Below are positions 26,001 through 37,065 of a stretch of 47,346 bases of DNA, in pieces. The position numbers and the translations under genes were made by a program. Numbering within the stretch: position 1 is the first letter of the stretch; each line of letters begins with the position of its first letter. The stretch is from Chromera velia (lineage: Eukaryota), in the NCBI GenBank assembly GCA_018398765.1, contig JAHBMJ010000456.1, positions 1-47,346 on the forward strand, given 5' to 3'. The notes beneath the pieces are model-generated. The model was given only the letters and a program-made list of their open reading frames with translations. It was not told the origin of the DNA and made no database searches.

Positions 26001-29000
26001 TGCAGCGGGGGGGACAGCGGCGGGAAGGGCGGAACGGGGGGCAGGGGCGGAGGGAGCTTCAATCACTCGGAGGATTCTCAGCATCTCCTTCCACGCGCGT
26101 GCAGGGAGCCCCCAGAGGCCCTCGTCTCCGTCACACACCCTCGAGGACGAGGAGTGACGACAAGCTCGAAAGAGGTGAGAACGGAAACAGGCAGCAGCTT
26201 GTGCAAGAGACGAATCGTCAAGACTCTTCTCCACGGCCTGAAGGTAACGAGTGATCTCGGAGTTGGAAGCAGCCAGATCAACTGCCGACTTCCCTGCCTG
26301 CACAGTCGGTCATCATGTACTTGACGTATGTGAAAGAATGGGGGAGTTCTCTTTGTGTACGAGTCAACACGCAGATTACAACCCTGGGGCCACCAACTTC
26401 CTCTCAGCTGAGCTTCCATTAGGAGTCTGCCGCTCTTGCCAACGCTTCATCTTAGCATCCCCATGGCTCGGCAAAAGTAGTTTAATGGACCCCTATTCTT
26501 TGAAAGACAACCCAAAGCCGGAAATGAATGCACTCGTCAAACGAGAAAAGACGGACTCACATGTGTCCTCGCCTTCACATCTGCCCCTGCTTCTACTAGC
26601 ATTTTCACGACTGCAAGGGAGGGCTGCTTGCGCTCTGTCGCATAGTGAAGGGGCGAGTAGCCTGCCTGCAAAAAGACGACGACAAAACTGGTGACCGACG
26701 TAGCACGCACCCCCTTTGCGCCCAACAAGAAGCCCATTGAAGAGCAGCGGGCATTTCACGAATTAAATGAATGACATTAATTTGTCGAGTGCACTGGAGA
26801 TCGAGATTCTATCGACTGCAACACAGTCAGTTCAGACCCCAAAAGTGAAAAAAACTGGACGCAAAAACAAGCAAATTTCGAATGGTTTCTCACGGAAGAC
26901 AGACAAGAGGCAAGGACGCAAACTGACATTGTTGATCTCTTTCACGTCGGCACCTGCCCGCAAAAACGACTCCACCGTTCCGGGGTGTCCCGAAAGAGCC
27001 GCCAGATGAAGAGCAGTGCTTCCACGCTGCAACGGAGCGGCAAACTCCCAACGAGGGAGTTGCTGTGTACATCTCAAGTGCAAAGGAAACGCATGACGTG
27101 GCACACCAATGCTCTCCGCTTCAAATGTCTGTGGACTCTGCATACCAATCGGGTGTCACTGAGTGGGAGTCGTAAAAGCATAAAGAAAAGGGCTGCGGCC
27201 GGCTAGCAAAAAAAAAAAACCTCAAACGAAATCCTCATGTGGGCCGACCTCATCTTTGGCCGTCAAGTCCAACCCCTCCTCCACAAGCATCTTTACGATC
27301 TCAGGGGCCGGCTCTTTTCGCGTTGCCATGGAATGAAGCAGGGTCCGCCCATCCTGCAAAAGAGAAACTCAACCCTTGCTACAATCTTCTGATATCAGAA
27401 GTCGGCTTTGAAACGGTGACAAAAAGGTTCAAAAATGAGTTTTGAAACCCAAATACAAGAAACACAGAACTGCATGACGACATCTCGGCGAATGCTTACA
27501 AAGAGAGGGTCCACAGGCAGACAAAACTGGAATGTAACGTTCAGGCACGAAAGACCACTGATCGACCCACTTTGAAGATCCTTTGCACATTCGCACCTGC
27601 CTCCAGGAGCGCCTGCGTATTGAGGGGGTGGCCATGGAAACTTCCCATGTCCAGCGGCGTCCATATATATATGCTCTGCGGACAACGTAAACAACAGACA
27701 ACATCAGCATGCGGCGTTTGCACCAGTGCAGAGACCATGACGTTTCCCTCTCAGACTGACAGGATGCCTCAAAACATTCGTCAAACGAAAGAAGTAAGGT
27801 TCAGAGTAAATTTGTGCTTTTTCTTGCGTTGCAGGAACAACAGTTTGCACATGGCAAGACAGAGAAAAGGGAAGGCAGCGGCAAGAAGAATTTGTGGTCT
27901 GGCTCACCTCCAGTCTAGCCTCCACGTCAGCCCCGGCATTCACCAGAATCTTGATGATCTCAGGGCACGGCCCTTTCCTAGAGGCAGCGACATGAAGCGC
28001 CGTCCACCTGAATCTCTGCAAAACAAGGGGAGCGGAAGCAGGCTTCTCATCGCCACGACAGTCTGAAATCCGAAGCGCTAGAACGGGGACACAGATGCAC
28101 GACACGACACGACACTGCAGCATCCGAAAGAGCCCCACACACAATAGACTAACCCCTCCAAAAGCCTTCACGTCGGCACCCGCCTCCAGCAGCATCCTCA
28201 CAATCTCGGGGGACGGTTCATGTCGTTCTGTGGCAGAAAGAAGGACCGTCCAGCCGTTCTGCGAAGACACGCAGAGAGAAGTTAAGTGGCCAACAATCCC
28301 ATCCATCAACCAATTCGTCAAAATTCATTTCACAAAATAAGAAAACAGGTCATCCAATCGACATCGGGGTTCTCTTCACGTTCCCACGTCACAAGGGGCT
28401 CCAAGCTTTTGTGAAAAACGAGACCACAAAGCTGCAAGAGCACTTGCCAACGCATGCACCTTTCGATAATCCTCTAAAAACCTTTTCCAACGAGGAGTTT
28501 TACTGAGCGGTTTGGTAGCAAACTTTCGGCGGAATGCACAGACACACACTCACATCGTAGGTCGAATTCACACCAGCACCTGCCTCCACAAAAGCCCTCA
28601 CTGCTTGGGGGTGTCCAAATTCAGCCGCACTATGAAGGGCAGTGCGTCCATTCTGCATCCAGCGTGACGCACATGCCAAATTGGTATCTGGAAAGTGTTG
28701 ATGAAAAGAAAAATGACACTTGGATGCAGGACCGCTCAAAATGAAGCTGGCCAGCCTAACCTTCACTGTTGTGTAGACAATGACAGACCCGCTCTGTCCC
28801 TGCGTATCTGAGCATGCGAGCAAAATGAAAAAAAAGCGGAAGACCGAAAATCAAGAGGGGCAGCTCTGATCACTTCAACGCCAGAATAACACAACCGGCT
28901 CACCTCTCCTGTCGCCATAATGTCTGCCCCCGCCTTGCACAGCATCTGGATGATCTCGGCGGCAGACGCTTCTTTCCGCCTTGCAGCGATGTGGAGAGCA

Positions 29001-30020
29001 GACCGCCCAGCCTGCACATGGAAGAAAGGGCAAACAGTTATCTTGCATGAGATAGCCTCCCCTGGGCACAACCTAGGGCACCAATTAAATCACTATCAAT
29101 ATCTCCCAGCGGATTTAAGACATCGTGACACAAAGCGAGGCACAGGACTGAACGAAGGTAGGGTGGAGTGGGGTTGAGAAAGGTGTGCATTCAGTGTGCG
29201 AAGAGGCGACTGGCAGCACGAAGGCAGAGGTAGTTGAGTTCTCCGCTTGCTCACTGACTGATTGGTGGGGAGTAACTGACTGCCTAGACGACGGACTTTA
29301 TCTTTTGCATTTGGGTCTGCTCCCGAGGCCAGAAGTTGCTCAACATCTGCGGGTTCCCCTTCCTGGACAGTCCACAGAAAGGTTTCCGCATCAGGGCTTT
29401 TTTTGGGGGGGGCACTTTCCTTCCTGCCCTTCTGCCCTTTCTTCTGCCCGTTTTCTGCCTCCTGTTTTGCCTCGTTTTCTGCCCTCTCTTTTGCGCCCCC
29501 TCCACTCCCGTGTCCCCCGTCCCTGGTTCTTTTGCTTCACCTCTTTCTGCATTTTCTCCATTGTGGTTTTCTCTGTTGTCTTCGTTTTCTGTTTCCCCCT
29601 TTCGAGAATCCTCCCCTCCCCCACACCCCTCATCCCCATTGTCCCCCTTCTCCCTCCTCTGTCTTTTGTTTGAATCTCCCCGTTCTCCCGTCTCCTCGCC
29701 GACCCCCATGTCGGCATCGCCCTCTGCAGAGTGAGCGTCGCCCTGAAAATCCCATGAACACGTAGAAAGAAGAGCACACAGAGGAGGACACAATCAAAGA
29801 GCATTACCAGCACGGAATGAGCACTTTGTGATGAGTTGGAGAGAAAAGTCGAGACAGTACAGAAACGACACAGGTACAGGAAGACGTGGAGACGGATACG
29901 GAGACGGCGACGGAAGTGACACGCATTCGCCGGGCGATGGGGAAAACCATGACTGCAACCCGCTTTGTGGCGAACAAAGTTGCACCGACCCACCGAGAGG
30001 CTGCGCTTCGTCCCTTGCAT
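23082..30020 (-). CDS. Ankyrin-repeat / coiled-coil / protein kinase-like / RING1-like + Rcat(IBR/RING2)-like fusion protein; possibly a recent pseudogene (1-nt frameshift in exon 2)
   Basis: Exons: 29994-30020 (MQGTKRSLS); 29297-29742 (446 nt, one base short of frame); eight single-ankyrin exons 28904-29011, 28554-28652, 28154-28258, 27908-28015, 27571-27675, 27249-27353, 26928-27026, 26561-26665; terminal exon 23082-26297. Kinase motifs: WVLKGY, LQHPHIV, HCDVKPKD, GDLDG, GYVAPEV, DVFAAG, RPSAAEAL. Zn fingers: CIVC..HFLCAPC..CVHVGC and CPRC..EGCAALTCRSCNCAFCGYC..H..H...C. Confidence 0.85.
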
Positions 30021-30289
30021 ATTCCCGGGTTGGTTCACGCAGATGCCCTGAAGAGAGCTGACTTCAAGGAGGAAGAATCCTCAGGAAGAGGGAAAACGAC
30101 TAGTGACCCTGCTAGATCACTCCGTTGCTCCAGTGCAATGTGAGAACACTCAAAAATTCAAGAGACACCTGCTGCAACTTGTAGCCCTTCCACAAAGCAG
30201 GTCAAGGCAATCTACGCTGGGAAGGGACTAGCTGGACACGTCAAGACGTTGATTCGTCGTTGAAGTCCGCGATCATGCATGTAACGCCC

Positions 30290-30375
30290 TTTGGCCCGGG
30301 GCTCGCGCGACGCGCGTGCTGCGCGCACGGCCGGGCCCGCGGCCGGGATGGGCCGGGACAGAGCGCGCGCGGCTC
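30290..30375. promoter_or_regulatory. CpG/GC-rich patch ~270-350 bp upstream of the ankyrin-kinase ATG (candidate core promoter)
   Basis: ggcccggggctcgcgcgacgcgcgtgctgcgcgcacggccgggcccgcggccggg. A similar patch at ~39040-39125 lies upstream of the nuclease gene. Confidence 0.35.
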
Positions 30376-30450
30376 AGTATATACGTGGTTTACACTGGTT
30401 TTTTGTTTAAATTTTTATAATATTCATATTCTAATTTTTTGAAGCTGTAT

Positions 30451-30715
30451 ATATGCTGTATATGCTCGCGTGTAATAGCGCCGTGTATCGGTCGGATTCT
30501 TCAATTGTCCATGATCGAGCATTGAATTAACAGAGGGTCACTTCAACCATTAAGTTCAATATGAAGGAAGCATGCCAGAATGCGATTCATGGGTAGAGGT
30601 AAAGGTGGAGAAAGTCTGGTCCATAGTCGCTCACTAAGTCTGCTCCCTCGGTTTGTTCTTCAGAAGGACATTGAAGAACTGCATATCCTGAGTTGAGCAT
30701 TCAAAGTCCGCTCGT
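30451..30715 (+). repeat. Copy 1 of a 265/268-bp direct repeat (other copy 33195-33462)
   Basis: Near-identical by manual alignment: 9 substitutions and one 3-bp indel. Confidence 0.95.
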
Positions 30716-31309
30716 GTCTAGCTTTGTACACCCCCGCGACCTGGCTCAAAGGGTAACGCACGCGAGTGAAGCCTAATCACGACACCCATCCGTCACGCAA
30801 CGTGCAATACAACAGCTCCGTACAAACGATCACGAAAAGTTTGTGCCAACGGTGGTGGAAAGTTCGAGCCATGCGCATAACTGTATCCGCGAAAACTTCA
30901 AGAAACGTGCCCCTCAAGCAACCTATGCGGGATTAACTCTTTGACGTAAGCATACAACTCAATTAATTGGGATGCATCTGTATAAAAAGATCGATCTCGG
31001 CCACGCAAATGCATTTAATTAAGCTATAGGATCTTCGAGGGCAAAAAAAAACTGGTATAGGACAGACATAGCTGCATATTCTCCTGTACATCTGGAGGAT
31101 GGAGGTAACAGGCCCACCAGTAGGTCCAAATTTGTAGTCAATCCTGCGTTTGTGCATGCAGCTAAGCAACAGCTTTTTGACTGACCTTGCTACGAGAATT
31201 AGTGAAGTCTGCATACATAGTTCAATTAAGCTTCTGTCTGAACACGTGGTAAGAGAATCAAATCTTCAGGCCAGAAGTCTTATATGAAGATAAACACGCA
31301 GACGTTGAA

Positions 31310-32300
31310 CTTCTCTCCACTTTCACCTTTTCTACTTTAATAACGGCCTCTCCACTTCCATCTTTCTATCTCTTTACATGACGGCCTCTCCACTTCCATC
31401 TTTCTATCTCTTTGCATGACGGCCTCTCCACTTCCATCTTTCTGTCTGTTTGCATGGCAGCCTCTCCACTTTCATCTTTCTGTCTGTTTGTATGACGGCC
31501 TCTCCACTTTCATCTTTCTGTCTATTTGCATGACGGCCTCTCCACTTTCATCTTTCTGTCTGTTTGCACGACAGCCTCTCCACTTCCATCTTTCTGTCTG
31601 TTTGCATGACGGCCTCTCCACTTCCGTCTCTCTGTTTGTTTGTATGACGCCTCTCCACTTCCATCTTTCTGTCTGTTTACATGACGGCCTCTCCACTTTC
31701 ATCTTTCTGTCTGTTTATATGGCAGCCTCTCCACTTTCATCTTTCTGTCTGTTTGCATGACGCCTCTCCACTTTCATCTTTGTGTCTGTTTGCATGACGT
31801 CTCTCCACTTTTATTTTTTTGTTTGTTTGTATGACGGCCTCTCCACCTCCATCTTTCTGTCTGTTTACATGACGGCCTCTCCACTTTCATCTTTCTGTCT
31901 GTTTACATGATGGCCTCTCCACTTCCATCTTTTTGTCTGTTTACATGACGGCCTCTCCACTTCCATCTTTCTGTCTGTTTGCATGGCAGCCTCTCCACTT
32001 TCATCTTTTTATCTATTTGCATGACGGCTTATCTACTTTAATCGTTCTGTCTTCTTGCACGACGGCCTCTCCACTTTCATCTTCCTGTCTGTTTGCATGA
32101 CGGCCTCTCCACTTCCGTCTCTCTGTCTATTTGTATGACGGCCTCTCCACTTCCATCTTTCTTTCTTTCTTTCTTTCTTCTTGCACGACGGCCTCTCCAC
32201 TTTCATATTCCCATCTTTCTTTTTTGCTTGCTTGGTGGGTCTCTACTTTCTTCTGTCGTGCGCTGTCAAACATGACAACTCTCCACTTTTGTCTATCTTG
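31310..32300 (+). repeat. 38-bp minisatellite, roughly 25 units, consensus tgcatgacggcctctccacttYcatctttctgtctgtt
   Basis: Regular 37-38-bp spacing of ctctccac (31348, 31386, 31424, 31462...). Decays at the 3' end; 2-3 further units at ~32970-33065. Confidence 0.95.
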
Positions 32301-32579
32301 CCGGCTTGAATGACTACTTTCCGCTAGCTTCCATCTTTTCTGCTAGCTTCCATCTTTCCTGCCTGCGTGTTAAGGGCCTCTCCAGTTTCATCCTATCTGC
32401 TAGCCCGTCTGCTTGCAGAAAGTCTGCTTCACTTTCATCTTCCTTGTCTCCTCACATAACGACCTTTCAGTCTTTATCTTTCTTGTCTGTCTGCGTGTAT
32501 GACCCCTCATTGGAACAAACAATATGCTCTAAATCTCGTTTGGTTGATAATTCCGTACAAAAGCTGACGTCTGTTCCAG

Positions 32580-32970
32580 TTTCATTTCTCTAGTTCATTT
32601 CTCTGGTTTTCTTTTTTGTTTTCATATGCTTGGATGCTGGCTTTTCCTGGATCACAGAGAATGTTTTTGCCTTCCTAAAATGTGAAATTTAAAGTAGAAT
32701 CATTTGGAGGAGGATGGAGGATAGAGTTTACAACATTTGAACAAAAAACAACAAAGACTTCCTCACAAGGAATTTCTAGCAAAATTTTTAACATATATAT
32801 ACCACTGTGGGTAATTTACCAAATTTTGAATATTTTTGATAAAGATAGATAAAGAACTGTAAAAAAAAAAAATGATAGAACTTAAAATGGTTTGAACAGT
32901 TATGAATGGTTATGGAATAGTATAAGAACAAACCAGAACTCCTATATATAAAGATGAACATACAAACATT
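32580..32970. mobile_element. AT-rich island, probable decayed repeat
   Basis: AT-rich, CG-poor and ORF-free. Ends in an AT-shifted copy of the minisatellite leader. Confidence 0.4.
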
Positions 32971-33194
32971 GAACTTCTCTTCACTTTCATCTTTCGTGCT
33001 TGAATGACGAACTCTCCACTTCTATCTTTCTGTCTGTTTGCATGATAGTCTTTCCACTTTCATCGTCCAGACTCCAGACTCCAGACAGTCTTTTTGCAAG
33101 ACGGCCCTGAGGATTAATACTAAGAGTCTTTGGTCCAGACGATTTTTTGCTGGGCCCCGGCATGCCACTGGAGCCTGTGGAAGTGGCATCCTGC

Positions 33195-33462
33195 ATATGC
33201 TGTATATGCTCGCGTGTAATAGCGCCGTGTATCGGTCGGATTCTTCAATTGTCCATGCAGATCGAGCATTGAATTAACAGAGGGTCACTTCAACCGTTAA
33301 GTTCAACGTGAAGGAAGCGTGCCAGAATGCGATTCATGGGTAGAGGTAAAGGTGGAGAAAGTCTGGTCCATAGTCGCTCAGTGAGTCTGCTCCCTCGGTT
33401 TGTTCTTCAGAAGGACATTGAAGAAATGCATGCCCTGAGTTGAGCATTCAAAGTCCGCTCGT
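33195..33462 (+). repeat. Copy 2 of the 265/268-bp direct repeat; likely promoter/5' UTR of the ankyrin gene
   Basis: Ends 27 bp before the ATG at 33490 and retains CpGs that are mutated in copy 1. Confidence 0.9.
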
Positions 33463-33489
33463 TCCTTCCTTGGGACACAGAGTCAGAAA

Positions 33490-35337
33490 ATGGCAGAGGG
33501 CCCTGAATCAGACGTCTTCGCACGTCTGGACCGTCTTAAGTCTTCCCTCTCTCGCATAGTGGAGAATGGGCAGACGAGGATTGACATGCTTAGCAAATTG
33601 ATCAAGGCAAAGCAGGATGAAAGAAAGCGGGAACTCGAAACCACAGCCACAGTCATCCCACCTGCGGACTTGCTCACCGAAAAAGAGCTCCAAGCAGTCG
33701 AAAAGCTCGAACTGGCTGTCCGTCAGCTTCATCACAGCATTTTAGGACAGATGGACGAACATGTTGGACAGTACTACAAAATGGATCTAAGTCCTCTGTT
33801 CCGAATGACTCCTGGACTTCGAGAAGTGCTTCGCTCCTTTCGTGCAGTGAGTGAGCTGGCCCTTCAGAAGGAGCTTTGTGATTGGATCAGCAGAAAGTCC
33901 AACGGGGACGGTTTCCGTCTGTGCATGAAGGTGGGGGCACTTGTAGACGGGCTTGTTGATGGGAAGACTGCGCTCCACAGGGCGGTTTCTGCCGGTCTGA
34001 TCGAGGCAGTCGAAATGCTCGTCAGCGACGGTGCCGATCTAAACATCATCCAGTCGTCACTCCCATCCCCCTATTTCGGTTTCACAGCCCTCATGATTGC
34101 CTGTCACAAGCATCAGTGGCATATGGCCAAGTTGCTCCTTCAGAAGGGGGCGAGGCCTGATCAATTCCTCCCTACCGATATCATCAGTGAGACTCAGACT
34201 GCCCTCAGCAGTGCCTGTCTGGCCGTGCAGTCATATCCAGACGGAGACCTCACGAGTCTTGATCCCTTGACACAGAGCGCAGTGAGAGATCTGATCGAAC
34301 AATTGGTCGTGCAGACACCTCGTGAGGTTGTGGAGTGTACCCGCTTGGGTGCGTATTCAGAGTCGTTCCTTCACTTTGCAGCACGACAGAAGGACATGGA
34401 GGATTTCGCGTTGGCCTGCCTTGCCGCGGGTGTTGACGTGAATGCACCCAACAAAGACGGTGACCGTCCCCTCCTGATTGCAGTCGGGAGGAGGAACGTG
34501 AACCTTGTCGCCCTGTTCTTGGAACACGGTGCGGACTTCCACGTGCACAACCGATGGGATGACTCCGCTCTGCACATCCTCGCAGGGGGTGGGTGGGAGT
34601 TGGGGTGGCAGTCGAGTGAGAGGGAGGCGATGGAAGAGAACGATCCTGAGGAGAGGGAGGCGAAGGCGTTTGAAATGGCAAAACTTCTCCTTGACAAGGG
34701 GGCCAATGTGAATCTGCAGGGGGGCAGCGGGTACACTGCTCTGCATCTGGCTGTGGAGAGCTGGAACGTGCGTCTGGTTGCGTTGCTCTTGCAGAGAGGT
34801 GCGAGTGTGTGTGTACAGAGTGAGAAAGGGTATCGTCCGATCGATTGTCTTCGTCCTCTCGCGAACAAATGGAGCGGTAATGTAGTGGACGAGGACACGG
34901 AGGCCGTCCTGAACAACCGATTCGATTCCATTCTGAAACTCCTGTGTGCACATGGAGCCAACGTGAACGCGTGGGATCCTAACGGGACCACACTGCTGCA
35001 CCAGGCAGGACAGAGCAACTCCCTCGACCGCGTCGAGAGTCTTCTGTCTGTGGGGGCTGACCCGATCGCATTTGATTATTGGATGCGGAAACCCGGTCAG
35101 CTGACGATGTGTCTGATGATGAGACTGGATGACCAGTGGTTCCGTGAGAACTTCTGTTGCGAAGCATGTCTGGAGAAATGGGAAGAGAGTGGAGAAGAGA
35201 TCCCAGAAATTAAAGACGCCAGACAGATCCTCCATGCCATAAACAGCCACGCAGCTCCCTCCCACACCGCTTCCTCCCACGCAGCAGCTTCTTCCTCCCA
35301 CTGGCATGCGGCTCCCTCCCATGCCTCTGGAGGATGA
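33490..35337 (+). CDS. Intronless ankyrin-repeat protein (615 aa, ~8 repeats, N-terminal coiled/helical region, His/Ala/Ser tail)
   Basis: GKTALHRAVSAG..GADLN, GFTALMIAC..GARPD, GDRPLLIAV..GADFH, GYTALHLAV..GASV, GTTLLHQAG..GADP. Single long ORF. Confidence 0.9.
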   Translation: MAEGPESDVFARLDRLKSSLSRIVENGQTRIDMLSKLIKAKQDERKRELETTATVIPPADLLTEKELQAVEKLELAVRQLHHSILGQMDEHVGQYYKMDLSPLFRMTPGLREVLRSFRAVSELALQKELCDWISRKSNGDGFRLCMKVGALVDGLVDGKTALHRAVSAGLIEAVEMLVSDGADLNIIQSSLPSPYFGFTALMIACHKHQWHMAKLLLQKGARPDQFLPTDIISETQTALSSACLAVQSYPDGDLTSLDPLTQSAVRDLIEQLVVQTPREVVECTRLGAYSESFLHFAARQKDMEDFALACLAAGVDVNAPNKDGDRPLLIAVGRRNVNLVALFLEHGADFHVHNRWDDSALHILAGGGWELGWQSSEREAMEENDPEEREAKAFEMAKLLLDKGANVNLQGGSGYTALHLAVESWNVRLVALLLQRGASVCVQSEKGYRPIDCLRPLANKWSGNVVDEDTEAVLNNRFDSILKLLCAHGANVNAWDPNGTTLLHQAGQSNSLDRVESLLSVGADPIAFDYWMRKPGQLTMCLMMRLDDQWFRENFCCEACLEKWEESGEEIPEIKDARQILHAINSHAAPSHTASSHAAASSSHWHAAPSHASGG

Positions 35338-36339
35338 ACGAACGAACGAACGAAAAGGTCTCAGAAAGATCCGCCCGCCCGACATGCAATGCACTCATTC
35401 TTTTTTCTCTTTTCTTCGACCTCTCTCCTGGCAGAGACTTCTTTTACTTCCGGGAAAGACAGAACACAAAGCCGTACAGAGAGTAGAAAAGCGAAATGGA
35501 CAAAAGAAAAAAAGTCGAGCGTTACTGCCACGAGACCCATTTGCGTTGGTTGTACAGCCTCTGTCTTCCCTCTTTCTTTCCCTCTTTCCTGCACTTTTCC
35601 TCTTGTATTCGCGTGTCGAGACTTGTGCGTGCGTCACGATGTGCACGACCTGACTCTGCCTGGGGAGGTGGGCAGGGAGAGAAAGGAAAGACATGTACGT
35701 GCGCTCTGTCTATGGAATTCATCGCTGGATGCTGCTGAGGGGGGACGGGCGAGGGAGAGGGGGGGGCTTCTTTAATTGGGATTTTCATCCTTAGACTTTC
35801 GCATTGAACTAGACTTTGGGCAGATGGGGAGGCAAAGAGAAGAAACAATGAAGTCTCACTGCAAATCGGAAACACCGGGGTGTCTTGTTGGCTTGACTTT
35901 TTCGATCGACCTCCCACATCAAAAGTCCCCCATCCATCAATCCGTCCATGCATCCATCCATCCATCCAAACAAAGACCGCCGCTCCATCGTAAATCCATT
36001 TCTCTTTCCGCTTCTTTCTTCATCCGTCTTCTCCATGCATGGTGGATTCATGGGACCCTCGTCTTCCTGTGGGGGGTCTGACGAACTTGGGCATACACGC
36101 TCAACATGATTGATTCTCCGGCCGGTCCGGTGTGGCAGTCAGAGACTGTCGGAAAAATTAAGCACGTTCGAAAACAAAAATAGACCAAAAAGCACTAGCT
36201 GAGAAGCAATGCTGCAGAATGCTCACATCTTCAGTTTGTCTGGTGGTTCGGATTCTCGCTGTGACTTCTCAGCAACTTCTGACATGTTGGATCACCCTTG
36301 CATGGCCTGGAGGATGTATGGGTTCACAAATGTTTAGCA

Positions 36340-36900
36340 CACACATGATGTGACATATCTAAGCTTACTACTGCAAGTGAAAAGCAAATATGCAACTGCA
36401 AAGTTAAATATCTGAATTCTACTAGGTGACTATAGGAATAAGAGACGAGCTAGAAGCATTTTTTTGTCAGTATATTTGAAACTTAGGTTAAAAATCAATT
36501 GAGATTCAATCAATTAGGACCATAAAACTGTGTTTTAACCGAGGCTTTCACTCTCAATTGATATCTGATCTGATTGATATCTCATTTTCATTTATATTTT
36601 ATTTTAGTAGGTTTTTTTATTATTTTCAAGTGAATTATTTTACAACCATTATTATTGAACCATAGTTTAGTTTATATATAAAAAATCTTCCTAGTAAAAA
36701 AAACTGATGATGAATTAAGCCACCAGTCAAATTGTCATATACACTTATAGAAAACTACACACTAGACTACAGTGTCACTACACATTAGTACTGAAAGCTA
36801 GACTGAAAGAAATAGGCAAACATGCCTGGAGTGATAGCTCGAGTGATACTAATATTTAATAAGCGGAATATATTATAAGCCTGCATGATAAAAACGAGCC
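36340..36900. mobile_element. AT-rich ORF-free island, probable decayed repeat
   Basis: Same TA-rich, CG-poor signature as the other islands; lies between convergent genes. Confidence 0.4.
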
Positions 36901-37065
36901 TTCTTATACCCCCTTAGGCCTCCCTATAGTGAGTCCCCACCAACCACTGCGAAGAGTGCTTCTTGCTAGGCTTCTTGCCCAGCCTACAGCTGTACAATAA
37001 AGCGCCTTGGTCAATGAAAAGGACTTTAATTGGTTTTCAATTCCAATGGGGTCCTTGTAAAGTGA

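Noticed and set aside
31310..32300. CRISPR-like array
   Set aside because: Units are contiguous 38-bp repeats with no unique spacers, there are no cas genes, and the context is eukaryotic.
30451..33462. 265/268-bp direct repeats as LTRs of a TRIM/LARD
   Set aside because: Identity extends beyond the internal TG...CA positions, and there is no PBS after copy 1, no PPT before copy 2 and no TSD.
34250..35394. Long antisense ORFs over the ankyrin gene (likewise over the kinase, receptor and nuclease exons)
   Set aside because: Shadow ORFs of GC-rich coding sequence without motifs.
36922..36935. 14-nt match to the T7 promoter (ccctatagtgagtc), i.e. vector contamination
   Set aside because: The match stops before GTATTA and no other vector sequence is adjacent; chance match.
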